NCBI RefSeq assembly: GCF_009914755.1
Contig: NC_060934.1
Source: the human T2T-CHM13v2.0 reference genome, Homo sapiens
Direction: 5' to 3' (one strand)
DNA: 64,000 nucleotides
In this document: in pieces, positions 15,700 through 31,506 of the stretch
Layout of the letters: every line of letters begins with the position of its first letter
Position numbering within the stretch: position 1 is the stretch's first letter
Notes under the pieces: generated by a model
The model's input: only the letters and a program-made list of their open reading frames with translations
Databases searched by the model: none
Told to the model about the DNA's origin: nothing
Program-made: the position numbers and the translations under genes

Positions 15700-18600
15700 A
15701 TCTTCAACCCTAAAAGAACTCAGACCTGTTCAAATTTGCCTAGAGTCACAAGACTAGTTTGAATCAGGCTGTTCTTAACTCCGAGTCCAGCACTCTTACA
15801 ACTCGTTCACAGAAAACACTCAAACTACTCTGTGGTGCTCATTCCCAGATGGGTGCTAAAGAATGAATTCACTGATGTGTGAAACCAAAGAACTTTGTAA
15901 GCTTCGCTAACTACAACCCTTTAGAGGAATGCCAAAGTGATGTAAGATGATCCCAGTGTAATATGCCAGGCTCTGTAAAATACCCCAGAAGCTACAAAAT
16001 GGGTTTGTGAGGATTCCTGGTAGTGTGAGTGTTTGACAAAGTCTGAGATGACTAATCAGGAAACAACTGTTGAAACTGTGTTGGACCTTCTTGTGTGACA
16101 TTTTATAATAGTAAACTGAGCTTTTCTAGAACAGTTAAAAACCAGTCTAGGATAAAAGGCAGCTGCACATGCCCTATCTTCTGTTCCCAAGCAAGTTCTT
16201 TGTCCTCTCTGGCTTCTCTTCCAAGAGGTGCTGGCACTGCTGAAAGCCAAAATTTCCTCACCAAAGCAGCTAGGACAGAGTGTTCCCAGGATGTCTGGTT
16301 TGAATCATGCTGTATAGGTGTTTCTTCACTTTCAAAACTGAGCTCTGGAAGATGACTCTAAAATGTCCAAATCCATGCATAATTACGGAGTATTGTCAGT
16401 CTTCTCCCCTTGCCTATTCAAAGATGGTTTTCTAAAGCACACGTCTTTCTCCAAATGTGCAGACCTCCTGAGCTTCTGTGCAAGCAAAACCTACAGTGAA
16501 CTTAGATGCTCTGACCTGGGGGATGAAGAGTCGCCAGTGAAGAGGATAGTGCAGAAGGTTTTACAATTTTTCTAGAGAACTCAGATCTGTCAAGACCATG
16601 AATTTCAGAGACAGCACACTTTGAACACATCAAATCATCTGCCTAGATTTATGACATTTCACTTTCTCTCAGATGAAATGAAGATGGCTGTTTTTTCAGG
16701 CCCTTCTAAGAGGACTCAGATCCTTGGGACTTGCCTAACTAAATACCCAAATACTTCTGGATCTAATGCCCAGATCAAGGCATTCCAATAGGAACATCAC
16801 AAAGTGGTTTGGTCCTTCCTTTAGAAATGGATGATAGTACCATGTATTTGACTGAATCCCAAATTTCCCTTTTATGTCTTCTGTACTTGGTGTCTGGTTT
16901 AAAATGCAACAGAATACATAAGACAGGAGGAATACTTAGCTTGTGTAAGCAGATAATGACTATGAGCTGGGGCCTCTGTACTCCCTCTAGATATTATGGT
17001 ACAGAGAGGTTCAGAACCTTGACCCATTGCACTTTGGAAGCACTTTTTAGATAATAAAGGACATTGCTATACTGTTACCACTGCATGATGTGGCTGTAGG
17101 AATTACATCAGCAGGCTCTGGCTAGAAAACTAGGGGGCTGCCAAATGACATAAATCTTAAAATGTTTTTGAGTGACTTTTGGAATTCACTCATAAAGTAA
17201 AGACATTCAGCTATGTAATTAGAACAAAACTATATATACTTTAAAAATGGTAGGAAGTTTCCTTTAGGAATAAATCTCTATAGAACCAGGTTTCCTAGTA
17301 GTAAAATATGTAACAGAAATATGTTAGCTTTATTAGAATAAAGAAAAAAAAAGGCACGGTACATTCATTGGGAAAATACAGAAATACATAAAATAATGAC
17401 AAAGAAAATTAAAATCACCCATAATTATATCACCCACAGATTACCTTGTTGGTGAATATCATTTTAATCAATGAGAATGCACATGGACACAGATACCACC
17501 CCTATAACACTGGAATCACTATACTATTTTTAGCATTATGCAGTCAATATGTTTAAATAGCTTAAACTTTTATACCTAGTATCACTTGGTGGTCTTCACC
17601 AAGTCATAAGACCTCTTCTATGAAATGGATATATGATTTCTTGCCCTGGAAGTCACTTCATCCCCCTTCTAAATTATTAGGTTGTTGTGTAATTTATTTT
17701 AAAGAGGTGCTGTATGTGAAAGAGGTGCCCTACAAAAGTCAGGTGGCAACCTGGGAATTAGAAGACCTAGTTTTGTGTCCTTCAAAAAACATTGTTTATT
17801 TGGACCTCAATTTCTCTACCTGTAAATTAAAGATGGTAGGACCTGATGATCCTAATTGTCACTTCCAAGTCAGATAATCTGTGATTTTTACAATTCTATT
17901 ATTCTTGTTATTGGCATTATTGTGCATCCACATATACATATATATATTCTAACGTCAATTTGAGCTGCTGAGATAAGCTCAGATCTCAGGTAAAGATGCA
18001 GAACTGATTCAAGTGCTGCTGTCATAGGTAGAGACTTACCACTGCACATTAATGGTAGACCAGCTTGAGGACTGAGCGGCTGAGCAGAGGGTCATGGAAT
18101 AATAAATGGCAAAGTGCAAAGCCAGAAGCCTGAGGAAGTTACTCACTCAGGCGAGGATTGCATGGTGTGGTGAAACCCTGATTCAGGGGTAGTGACCACC
18201 CATGTGGATGAAGTGGGACATTAGTATTGTTAGGGCCTCAAGTAGGCAGACTAGGAGATTGAAAATCCAAACTGAAGACTATTTCATGAATCTAGCCTCT
18301 GGGATGTTTGCCGAACTGGAACTGTCAGTAATGAGCCAGGTATCTAAGTCAGACTAAAGTTCTTAGCAAACATCTTTTCTTTGAGACCCTAAAGAACAGC
18401 AATATTCCAATATATGTGGATTAGTTTTGAGGGGAGTGAGAAGTGGAGACTTAGAAAGAGTTGCTAACCAATCCAACTTGAACTTCAGACATTAGGCTTC
18501 TGGCTAAAGACAACCTATATTGCCTGCCTCATTTCCTTCAACAACAAAAAGCAAGAAGAAATGAAGTGGCTCAATTACCTTACTAGAGTCAAAGAGAATA

Positions 18601-18720
18601 ATGCTGAATGGAGTAAGGAATAACATAGGAGAAAGCCTCAAATCTCTAAGGCTCATCGAAATCAGCTTCCACTCCTTTGTATGGAGGGAGAAAACAGTTG
18701 AGGCATCTACGTCAGAACTA

Positions 18721-18981
<261 letters not shown>

Positions 18982-21900
18982 AGAAACTGATGCCTGCCTC
19001 AACATAACACTGTTTATTAACCCTTTGTGCCACCACTAAAGGCTCCAAATAGCCTTTTCTCCAGATGAAAAAGCAGGTCAAATTGTGTCATGAATTCAGA
19101 CAAGTGAGTATCTTGAAGAAATTTTTATCAACAGCCATCTTCTCTACCATCTGATGGCTGACAGCATCCTGCAATACTTATGAAGTGTTATTACACTGTG
19201 GGTACTTTAGTGCTCCCATAAGTCTTTCAATGTATGTGAAATTACGGATCATTGAAACCTGTCTAATGAGGACACAGTCCTCATGTTTTGGAGTTAAATC
19301 TCACAAAAGTGATAATCATGAATTTTCCTTATTAAGTTTCAGTCTTTGTATGTAAATTGAAGTATTAAGACAATGAGATACAGATCAAAGTTTTAATTTT
19401 CGTCCCTAGCCTCAGATTTAATTTAAAAGTCTTAAATTATGCAGAGAATTGCATCTCTTTATTCTTACAGCTGCTTAAAACAGATTTAATTATCTTCCTT
19501 AATATGCAGATACTACTTCTGCCTACCAGTTCTCTCAAACGAATGCCTCCCAAATCAGTTTTGTTGAGTTCTTCAGACTGATTGGGGCCTTTGCCATTTA
19601 TCCTGTGCCTTCAGGTTCTTGCATTGGATTTCTCTGGGAAGCTGAGTTATTGTGTTGAAGGTCTATAGGCTCATTAGGTTCTCATTAGTGGTCCAGAGGA
19701 CATCCATCTTGAGTGAGTCTCCAAGCACAGAGATGCCACCTCTCACTGCATGCTTGGGTCTCAGTGCAAAACACCTTCAATCAGCTTTCTAAAAGTCAGG
19801 CATGGTTTGAAAATGTCCGGCATCTTAGACTCAACTTTATGGACTTCTCTACTCCTCTTCCAGTTGGTTCTTGGATTAATTGTTCTTTATTTTTAAGGCC
19901 ATAATGATGCATAAATGCATTGTGTGTGCTTGTGTGCGCGTGCATGTGTGTTCTTCTTGCATCTGCCACAGTGAGTCTGGGATGGAAGTACGACTGCTCC
20001 TTTGCCTTCTGCTGCTAATGAAGGTTCTGTCATGAGAGTACACTTGGAGAGAACCCTAAAAGCAGCAGGAAATGAGGCAGGTGGTATTGATGACATTGGA
20101 ATTTTTCATCAACCTCAGAATAGCTATGTGGCTCTCTGAGTAACATATCAGGTGAGCTAAGTTGTGGGATTTTGGAGGAATTGTGTTATGGAGGTATTTC
20201 TGTCATCTAGGTTTTGAGGGTGACCCCATATGCTATTTGCAGGAAAGAATCCCATTTCTTGCACATATTAAATCTGTAATTTTCTGGCTTGAGTACATAC
20301 TACTGTATGTAAAATTGCAAACTAGTATCAGTGTACCTAGCCTTTTATTATTTTCTGTCAATAAGAAGTGCTCCTCTTTGCTATGGTTTTAGCCATGTTT
20401 TCATTGATATTCTTATGCTAGAATTAGGACATGCATTCTAATGCATGTCTAGGAAAGGATTAAGGAAGAGATTTAGATTTCAGATGAAGACTTTACCATG
20501 TTTTGACTGTTTTTCAAATGTTAAGAGTCTTTTAAGTTTCAGTTTTATCTCTATGCTTCTTGGGGAAGGCTATCCAAATCCACATACATTTATTGAGTTT
20601 CTATCAATATGTTAGGCACATTGTACAGAGATGTGGGAACTGCAATCAGGAGTGACATGATTCTTACCTTAAAGATATGTATAGTTTACTGGCGGATGCC
20701 AAAAATATTATTACAAAATAATGCAATAAATTATTGCATTATAATTTATTATATTTAGATAATTTATTATTAATCTTTTTTATTTCCAATGGATATAAGG
20801 TGTTAGGCACTTTCTACTTCATGTCATTAGATTTTTACTTAAAACTCAATATAACAGAGGTCCTAGTCAAACCAAAACATATATTCCCACAAACTAAAGT
20901 AAGTCCATTAATGAATGAAAAGTACATGATATAAAATTGGCTCTTGGTAAAATATTTGTCAAAGAACAAATAAATAAATACAAACATCTAACTATTTGCT
21001 GAGACAGTTGATTCCTCAGGTCTCTAATGGTTTAGATGAAATGCAGAGGAGATGGAAATTACATGGAGAGGTTTGTATGCAAGTAACTGGGACAAAGAAA
21101 AGAGGCTTAGATCAGTCCGTAAGCCAACCTAGCTCCATCGAAGGAAGACAAGACTGTAGGAGAAAGTTGAACCATGAGTTAACATGGATAGAGGCACAAG
21201 CTCTGGTACTCACATGAAAAAAATATTGTTAACAACTTGGGGAGGTGAATCTTTTGCCCTCTCTGCATTAATCACACTGTGATGTCATATAAGAACCTAG
21301 CAGGGACCTCTAGGTTTCTTTGGTACCTAGAGGACTTGCTCTTTACAGGCATCAGAAGCATGATCTTTTGACATCAGAAGATCCCTGTTTTTATAAAGAA
21401 TTGATATCAGAAATGGGGCAAGACTCAGGCACTATTTTCAAAGTAAATTCAGAAGGATCAAATTCAAATAAGAAATGCACTCATATGGATTTTGAGGAGA
21501 ATAAAGACACCATGTATTGCTAGTAGGGGCACATGCCAGGGATTTTTTGTCTTTGTTTTGGATTTAATTAAAAAATATTATGGCTTAATTTATACCCAAG
21601 CCTCTGAAGAAATACACGTATTCTAAATTCCTTGGGTGCTGCATTCATATCCTATGTTTTTGCAATATTCTTTAGAATAGATAAACAGTGTCAGGCACAC
21701 TAGGCATTCAACAAAGGCATCATTTTCCAAAGAGGGGGAACCCAGAGAGGATTTCGCATCTCTCTTTGCTGAAATGTTTTTCCACAAATGGATCCCAAGC
21801 CATTAGTATTCTCAGAGAAGCCAGGAGGAAAATTTTGGTAGATTTATTGATTAGTGTCTAAGAATATAAGAGCCACAGGCCAAACTGGCTTTGGTCATTG

Positions 21901-23304
21901 ATGATTTGGCCTTTTCTTTCTACTCCTTGATCTTTGTGACTACTTATAATCCCAGCCGTGGGTTTCTACAGAGGCTTAGGAGCTACATGAAGTTCTTCTT
22001 AGAAAATGGTTCCTTCACCATAGAGAGAAGCAACAGAAAGACAAGATACCATAGATCCTGGATTAGACCCTAGGCTCTAATAGTTAGCATTTGTGTGATC
22101 TCAGGTAAGTTACTTGCCTTTCTGTGCCTCATATAAAATGACAACAAAATGACAATAACACCTATTTGCATAGAGTTGCTGTAAGATCTACGTGAGATAA
22201 TTCATGAAAAGCACTCACAAACTGGAACAGTGGTGCTCAATAAATGTTGGATAATCACATTATTATCATTGTGTCAAGTGTCAATTCTCCTCAGCTTTTC
22301 AGAGACACTCTGTGTCTCTTCATTCTGCATTGCCAATCACGTGCACCTCCCGTGCCTACGTATATAATCCAGAGGGTCATAGAGAAATTGAGGGTCTTTT
22401 TCTGCAAGGAGGAGTCTGAATCATTAGCACAGCATCTCACAATCACATGTGAGGTCCTCAGGGCCTCCTGATATAAAGAAGATGCTCTTGGCTTGGTGCT
22501 CTGCACCAGGAGAACAGAGTGTCAAGAAACCAGATCTGACAGCTGGAGGCAGCAGATTTCATCCCTGCTGTTGAAGCTTTGCCCACTCAAGTGGAGTGAA
22601 CTGACTTGTTATCTTTTTTCCTTCTTGTGCCCAGAAGGCATGAATTCACATATCTTCGAACCAGATTCCCCAATCTGTTCCCACATCACTCAACCCAGTG
22701 TGAGATGCCTGATGATGATCTTTATTACATGGAAAGCAGAGTTGAACAGATGAGAACCAGGCCTCTGTCCCTGAAGTGTGTTCTCTATCATTTGCACAAA
22801 GGTTGGAGCTAATCAGAAGTGAAAGTTCTTGTTTCAGATCTTGCTATATTGTGTTCTTAGAAACGGAAAAACTTTCTGAACTCTGCTATAGTATAAACAT
22901 CTGCTGCTTCAAAAGATGACAGTTCTCTGGGTATCAGGATCAGGTGTCTCATGTCTCTGGGAAGAGAACTTTCACATTCACCTTGCAGGTAAACACAGGG
23001 TGGAAGGTCGGCCCTAAGCATACCAGAAAGGTTTTTCTTATTTTTCCTTTTTTTGCCCAAATACCTAGATATAAAGTACTATATTTTATATGGATTTCTG
23101 AAATGATTTTTAAGTAAGCTTTTTGTTGAGTAAAATATACATTAAAAATGTACAAATCACTAAATATACAACTTGATTTTTACAAAGTGAATGCATCCAT
23201 TAGCTGCTGCCCAGATGAACCAACTGAAAACTGCCAGTACACTCAAAGTTCTCCAATCACTCCGCCTCCAAAGTTAACAATAATTTTTCCCTTCTATTAC
23301 CATG

Positions 23305-23613
<309 letters not shown>

Positions 23614-24089
23614 ACCATGAATTATTAACAGCTTTGACTATTTTTGCATTTTAATTAAATGGAATAATGCAACATATATTCTTTTTAGTCTGACTTCTTT
23701 AGCTCAATAATGGATATGACATTTATCCAAGTTTTTTGCATATAGCTTTAGTTTGCTCTTTTTCATTGCTGTATGACATTCCATTCTGTAAATATACTGT
23801 AGTTTATGTATTCTACTATTCATGAATGTTTAGATTGTTTCCAGTGAGGGCTCTTACGAATACTTTTGCAATGCATATTATCTTACATACATTCTGGTGC
23901 ATATGTGTATGCATTTCTGATGAGTATATACTTAAAAGTGGAAACGCTGGGACATAGGTGGTATACATGTTCAGCTAGAGCAGTTAATGTCAAACAAGTC
24001 CCAAATGGCAGTATGTATCTACACTCCAAATAGCATTATATGAATGACCAGATGCTCCACATACTCAATAACACCTGATATTATTAGCA

Positions 24090-24482
<393 letters not shown>

Positions 24483-24928
24483 TGATATATTATTATAAAT
24501 TAAGTTGCATTACATAGGGATGTTCCGAATTTTTTCATATGCTTATTGGCTATTTGGTTATTCTGAGTCATTTGTGCATTTTCTGTTGAGTTACCAGTGT
24601 TTCCCTTATTAGTTTGTAGAATTTATTTATACTCTTCTAATTATGATTCCCTCATTAAAATTATGTTTATTTTGCATAATAAAAATAATAAAAAACATAA
24701 CAAAATAATTTTATTATTTTATTACTGTAATAATACCTTTTCAATAAGGTATTATTACAAATACTTTTTTCCCTCTAGGGCTTAATTTAATAATAATAGC
24801 TTATTGAAAACGTATTATTATAGATACCTTTCTCCCCTCTAGGACTTAATTTTTTATTTTTGAAATAATGCCTTAAATAACAGAAATTCTTAATTTTAAT
24901 GTAGTCCTATTTAAAATTAGTATAATTA

Positions 24929-25219
24929 GGCTGGGCGTGGTAGCTCACGCTTGTAAATCCCAGCACTTTGAGAGGCTTAGGTGGGCAGATCACTTGAGGT
25001 CACGAGTTCAAGACCAGCCTGACCAACATGGTGAAACCTTGTCTCTACTAAAAATACAAAAATTAGCTGGGTGTGGTAGCTGGCACCTGTAATCCCAGCT
25101 ACTCAGGAGGGTGAGGCAGGAGAATCGCTTAAACCTGGGAGGCGGCCAAGATCATGCCACTTGCACTTCAGTCTGGGTGACAAAGGTAGACTCCATCTCA
25201 AAAAAATAAAAATAAAAAT
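24929..25219 (+). mobile_element. AluS
   Basis: Alu dimer with short right-arm deletion; TSD aaaattagtataatta. Confidence 0.94.
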
Positions 25220-25356
25220 AAAATTAGTATAATTATAAAGAGATTTGTTGGTATAATTCCTTTATACTAAATGGGTTTTCTTTGCTGTTTTAAAAAAGTC
25301 TTTGCATAACACAAGGTCATGAAGATACTCTTCTGTGCTTTCTTTTAGAAATGTTA

Positions 25357-25658
<302 letters not shown>

Positions 25659-25847
25659 AAATGTTAGTATTAGCTTTCAAATTTTGATTGACAATCCAGT
25701 TATAATTATGTTTGTATATTATGTGAGATAAAGATTCATGTATTCCCATATGGATATTCAAAATTGTAGCACCCATGTATTGAAAAGATTATAATTTCTC
25801 CACTGTACTGCAGTGTCTCATTTGTCATAAAGTGGGTGGGTGTGTGT

Positions 25848-25948
25848 CTATATATATATAATATATGCATGTATATATGTTTCTTGACTCTCCTTGTTCA
25901 GCTTGTTTATGATATACATACATATATATGTATATATATGTGTGTTTG

Positions 25949-25983
<35 letters not shown>
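25848..25983. repeat. (TA)n/(TATG)n low-complexity region
   Basis: Interrupted TA runs. Confidence 0.85.
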
Positions 25984-25985
<2 letters not shown>

Positions 25986-26325
25986 TAATGTCAGTCATCC
26001 AAATTTGTGAGTCACCTTCAAAAGTATCTTTGCTATTCTTCAGGTCTTGAAATTTTGTGTAAATTTTGTGATCTTGTCAATTTTAATACACAAAACATGC
26101 TGGAGATTTTTATTCAGATTGCTTTTAATTCAAGTCAATATGAAGAAAATTGATGTCTTTTTATAATACTGAGTCTTCCAATCCATGATCAGGATGCATC
26201 CCTCCATTCATTCAGGTATTTTTCAAAATTTATTTCCAAATTTGTGTTGTTTTCTGGGTAGTGCTATTGAAAATAAGTTTTTAGATTTGAGTATAAATGT
26301 TTGTTGTATTTTGATGCTATTATAA

Positions 26326-26330
<5 letters not shown>

Positions 26331-26368
<38 letters not shown>
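26331..26368. repeat. (AC)19 microsatellite
   Basis: Perfect dinucleotide run. Confidence 0.97.
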
Positions 26369-26371
<3 letters not shown>

Positions 26372-26810
26372 TTTCTACTTGTGTAGAGGATTTATATGTC
26401 CAGGTATCAAGACTCACCCTAACTCTAGTGAAAATATCATGTGTTTGAAATTAGTAATTAAGATAGGTTTTAAATTCACAAGGGAACAGAATAGAGTGCC
26501 TAGAAATGGAACCACAAATAGTCAATTGATTTATGACAAAGGCTCATAGCAATTCAGCGTGAAATGAACAGTTTTTCAATGGTATTGGGACAATTGGATA
26601 TGCATGTGGATGAAATATAGAAACCTGAAAGAGCTTTATTCAAGATAAATCATACACATTAATGTGAAACCTAAAGAGAAATCTTGTGGTATGACTTTTT
26701 TCACAATGTTGGTTTAGATAAAGACTTCTTAAGCCTGACAAAAAGCACTGAAGTGACAAAAATCACTAATTTTCAAAATATAATTACTGATATTTGAGTA
26801 TATATCTACC

Positions 26811-27102
26811 GTTTTTTAATTTTAATTTTAATGTGTTTGAGACAGGGTCTCGCTCTGTCAGCCAGGCTGGAGTGCTGTGGCGCAATTATGGTTGACTGTA
26901 GCTTTGAACTCCTGTGCTCAAGTGATTCTCTCACCTTAGCCTCCCAAGTAGCTGGGACCACAGACACACGACACCACGCCTGGCTATTTTTTTTAATTAT
27001 TTTTATTTTTTTGGTAGTTGTCCAAGCTGGTCTCAAACTCCTGGACTCAAATGATCCTCCCACCTTGGCCTCCCAAAATGTTGGGATCCACCGCACCATT
27101 CC
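26811..27102 (-). mobile_element. AluJ
   Basis: J-type gagacagggtctc and tgtgctcaagtg; TSD tatatctacc(g/a)tttt. Confidence 0.9.
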
Positions 27103-27619
27103 TATATCTACCATTTTAGTATTTGTTTTCTATTTGTCTCAACTGTATTATATTCTTTTTTTTCTCTTTTACTTGTCTTACTTTGGATTAATGAAACCCT
27201 TTTAAAGTTACTGTAATTCCCCTGTCAGTAGCTTGATGATAAGATTCTCTTACTACTTCTTCAGTTGTTACTCTAGATATTGAAGCACACATTTTGGATA
27301 CGTTGGAGTCTAATATATATTAGTATTTTTATCTCTTTATAGATATATCATGAACCTTAAACTACTTTAACTCCACTTAATTCGCTCCACATACTGTGCT
27401 ATTATTCTGATGTATTTTAATGCTACATATATTTTAAATCCCACAGCTGATTATCATTCTTGGTCTGCACAGTTATTATTAATTTCAATTTACCCCCTTT
27501 CTTGCTCTTCATTCCTTCTATTATTTTGTGTGTGTGTCTCTGTCTGGGTCATTTTCTTTATGTGTGAAGAATTATTTTTAGCATTTCTTTTTATAGACAT
27601 TGGTTTACATGACAGATAT

Positions 27620-28392
27620 TGCTATGGAAGGAAGTGCTGGAAAGGGAAGGGAATGGTCCCTTTAAATGATACAGAAGTGGGGGAAGGGCGTTGGTCCCTG
27701 GCTAGGGCTCCACCCCTGGGCCCCTGCCCTGGGACCTAGGTGAGAACAGGCCCTCCTGCCTTTGCACCCAAATGTTGTGTTTCCCAAGACCACCCTAGCC
27801 TGCCCTGCCCCCATCCTGTGCCTATAAAAACCCCTGACACCCTAGCAAGCAGACACACAGGCAGATGGACATGGAGAGGAATGCACCGACAGGCACCAGC
27901 ATGCCAGCAGGCCACCGACCAGGAGAACTATCCTATACGGAGTTTAGCTGGGGCACTGAGTGGCCGGACTCCAGTGGAAAACCTTCCCACTCCATCCCCT
28001 TCTGGCTTCCTCCATCTGCTGAGAGCTACCTCCGCTCAATAAAACCTTGCACTCACTCTCCAAGCCCAGGTGTGATCCGATTCTTCCAGTGCACCAAGGT
28101 AAGAACCCGGGATACAGAAAGCCGTCTGTCCTTGCGACAAGGTAGAAGGTCTAATTGAGCTGGTTAAGACAAGCTGTCTACAGACCGCAAAACAGAAAGA
28201 GCACATGGTAGCAAACGCCTACTGGGGCTTCAGGAGCTGTAAACATTCACCCCTAGACACTGCTGTGGGGTCAGAGCCCTGCAGCCTGCCCCTGTATGCT
28301 CCCCTAGAGGTTTGAGCAGTGGGACACTGAAGAAGCGAGCAACACCCCCATCACACGCCTGTTAGGGGGACAAGGGAACATTTCTTGTTTCA
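27620..28392 (+). mobile_element. ERV1 solo LTR, LTR1-family (HUERS-P2)-like
   Basis: TG...CA ends, 4-bp TSD atat (27616-19, 28393-96), TATAAAA 27823, AATAAA 28038; family from recalled consensus. Confidence 0.85.
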
Positions 28393-30334
28393 ATATCTCT
28401 ATTATTGTTTATCTAAAAAACTATTTGTGTTTTCTGCAGCTCTTCAAAGGTGTCATTCCATTTTCTTCTGGACTTTTTAAACACCTCTGTTTGATTTTAG
28501 ATTTCAGCAGTTTGAATGTAATAGCTCAGTGATTTTTCTTTGCACATATTCTTCTTGAGTTTGCTGATTCTGTTAAATCTATAGGTTAATATGTTGATAT
28601 CTTTCATCAGGCTTGGAAAATTCTCAGCCCTGATCTTTTCAAAAATGATTCAGGTTCCTTATCTCTCTCCTCTCCTTCTGAGGCTACAATTGCATCTGTG
28701 TTAGACCTTTTTATCATTTTCCATTTGTCTCTTACTGTTTTTTCTCTATATTCTATTTCTTTCTTTTATGCTCTAGATGGCGTATTTCCTGCTGTCCTTT
28801 CTTCCATTTAACTTCTATTCATATGGGTTCAATTTCCTGTAAACCTAAGTTCTTAATATCAGTTATTATATCTTTATTTTTACAATTTCTATTTGGTATT
28901 TCTTATTGATTACCACTCTGGGGTTCAATTTTCCACCTTTTCTCACATTCATGAACATAATAATCATTGTTGTTTTACAGGATATCTTAAATAAACACTA
29001 TATATCATCCAACTGTTGTTCTTTTCTGTTTTTCCCCCCTCTTGGTCCTATATCTTGATATACTTGGATATTTCTAAATGCCCAACATTTTATATGAAAA
29101 ATATTAGGTAAAGCTCTGGTTTATGTTATTTTCCACTAAAGAAGGTTTACTTTGGTTTCTAACAATCATTTTAGAGTTGAAGAGAGTCACTCTAATCGAT
29201 TCAGAGACTGAAGTGATTTCAGATTGGATTTCTGGGTACAGAGGGCTTGTTCTAATTTGGGTTTGCCTTCACTCCTAGGATAGAGATTTCCAGAAGTTCC
29301 AAGAACCAAGTCTCAGATAGTTCACCAGGGCCCTCCTCCTTGATAGGTCTTGAATTCAAATCTTTATCTCCCCGAAGGGTGATACTTCTAAAACCTTTAA
29401 CTTCTCAGCCTCTTATTGAGTGCTTTCTATGTTTCCTGTGTTACTTGGGTATTATGAAATACCTCAGGGAGGAAAAAGGCCCTGTATGTGTGCTGCTTCC
29501 CTGTGCTTTCCTTCTCCCTGGGACATGACCTCATCAGTCCTAGCTTTGGAATATCCTCAAAGTCCAATTTTTATCTCCCAAGCCTTGTGAGTTTATTAAC
29601 ACCTGTTTAGCCAACACTTTCTACTCGGCCTTTTACTGGAAATCTGAAATCTGAACCTCCTCTATAGTGTGGCATATAAATTGCTAAAGTTCTCGAAAGG
29701 AAAATATAGCATAAAATGTTGGACTCACTGCAGTCAATTTCCCATCTCTTAAGAAAGGAATTTTAGCTTCTCAATCCTCCTGATAGTTCTCTTAACTCCT
29801 AGTCCTCCTTTTCCTCCTCTTCATTTTTCTTCTTCTTCTCTCTCTCTCTGTCCCTCTTGCTCTAAATATATACGCATATATTTGGTTTACTGCAGGCTAA
29901 TCTGTCATAGTCTCAAGCAGAAACCTCCAGAGTTTATTTATGTGAAATATGAGCAACTCCAATTTGCCTAAATTGGCCTGTGTTTTTCTAGTTCCAACTG
30001 AAGAATTTTTGGGCATCTTAGTATTTAGAAGATTGGATATAATTGAGAGGCACACATCAAGGAGATAATCAGGAAAGGAGTATGGGGTTACACAGTCTGT
30101 AAATGGCCCTTGGACCAGAGATATGCACATCGTTTGAGCTAGATTTCAAACTCGTTATTTCACAGTTATTTTTCCTATGAGAATCAAAATACTAAAAATT
30201 TTCATCAAACCTGACAAAGCAATCATAATTGCTTCATCTTTCCACCTTCTTGTCACACTCCAGAGCCTCCGACTTCTCTATACCCCAGCCTTGCCACTGT
30301 TTTGTTTTTCTTGAAGCACAATGCACAATGCACA

Positions 30335-30470
30335 ACCTGTGAACTTGTTAGAAATGTATATTCTTGGGCCCTACTCCAACCTACTGAATCAGAATCTTTA
30401 AGGATGTGGCCAAGAAAACTGTGTTTCCAAATGCTCTCCAGGTGATTTTCTTATACATGGTAAAAACTGA
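30335..30470. mobile_element. MER5A relic
   Basis: cttgttagaaatg..attcttgggccc..cctactgaatcagaa..ctccaggtgatt. Confidence 0.8.
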
Positions 30471-31334
30471 GGGTCCCTGGACTATCAGCAGAGGAAGTTG
30501 GAAGTCAATGTTATGTATTTTAATCCTGGGTGTCATTGTTAGCCTTTAAAATTCCTTCATATTTACAGAGCTTTACACAATGATAACCATAATTAGGTAC
30601 CCAGAAAACGTGACTGAGGACAGGACTGTTTGGTTTAATAATCGAGATGATTTAATGTAAGTACTTATCCTTTGGAGACCATCTTCCCCATTTACAAGAT
30701 GACAGAATTCCTGTGTATGTTCTAAAATATATAAGATAAATTTCATCTTATCCACCATATAAATTTCAGACATTTCAGACAACCATAATCTGGCAAATAA
30801 TAATGTATGCTTTTAATGATATCCCTGAGGTGCTACACAATACAAACTCTTAACTGCCAAAGAAATTACACTCAATTATGTTTACATTGGCCTCAGTGCT
30901 ATATGCATGACCATCGTGTTGCCCTTGGAAAAGAAAACCCTGCAGGCTGAGAGGGGATGAAAGTATTAGCATCTCTTAGGTTAGTTTAGTATATGTACGT
31001 ATTAAATTATTTCAGGAATGTTATTTATGTATTCTGAGAAAATGGATTTTGCTAAAAGTGCCAATAAGGCAAGATTAAATCCAACAGATCCTCCAAGAGT
31101 AAGAGATTAAGTATGAGTGAAGAATAACTTGCAGTGAAATGTAAGTAATTAAAGAAATAGATCAGGGAAGGTGAAGTGATAATAAAAGAAAAACAAGGAA
31201 CTAAAAGTAAAATAAAAATTTTTAAATAGCATCTAAAATGGAGAAAGTTGAAAAAGATATGGAAACAAAACCATGGTTTATTAAGAAAAATCACTGGCCC
31301 TAGAAAGTAGGGGGGAGATAGGAATCAGTCCTAC

Positions 31335-31506
31335 CTCTTCTAATTGCACCATGAGAGTGACGTTGTGTCCTTGTTCCGCTGTCAGCTTTCCATCAGCCGT
31401 GACTATCCGCAGCCCCCGCGGGGCTTTCCCTGGGCACTTCTGCGGTTTGGCAGTGTACTGTTCCCTTACGCCATCAGTGCAATTATTGGAAACCACCTTC
31501 CTGTAC
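31335..31506 (-). CDS. SORCS1: SORCS1 coding exon H (172 nt, phase 2-0): (G)YRKVVSNNCTDGVREQYTAKPQKCPGKAPRGLRIVTADGKLTAEQGHNVTLMVQLEE
   Basis: ORF 31281..31526; GYRK..C 10CC end; tttag|G acceptor, GAG|gtagga donor. Confidence 0.97.

Noticed and set aside
19132-19160. 8-bp inverted repeat cagccatc/gatggctg
   Set aside because: Short stem with a 13-nt loop, expected by chance in 64 kb and not at a functional site
26331-26420. (UG)19 on the transcript as marker of a TDP-43 cryptic exon
   Set aside because: No convincing adjacent donor/acceptor pair found by eye
27410-28158. Three ~100-aa ORFs over the LTR
   Set aside because: GC-rich LTR sequence; no gag/pol/env similarity and no internal ERV region (solo LTR with TSD)
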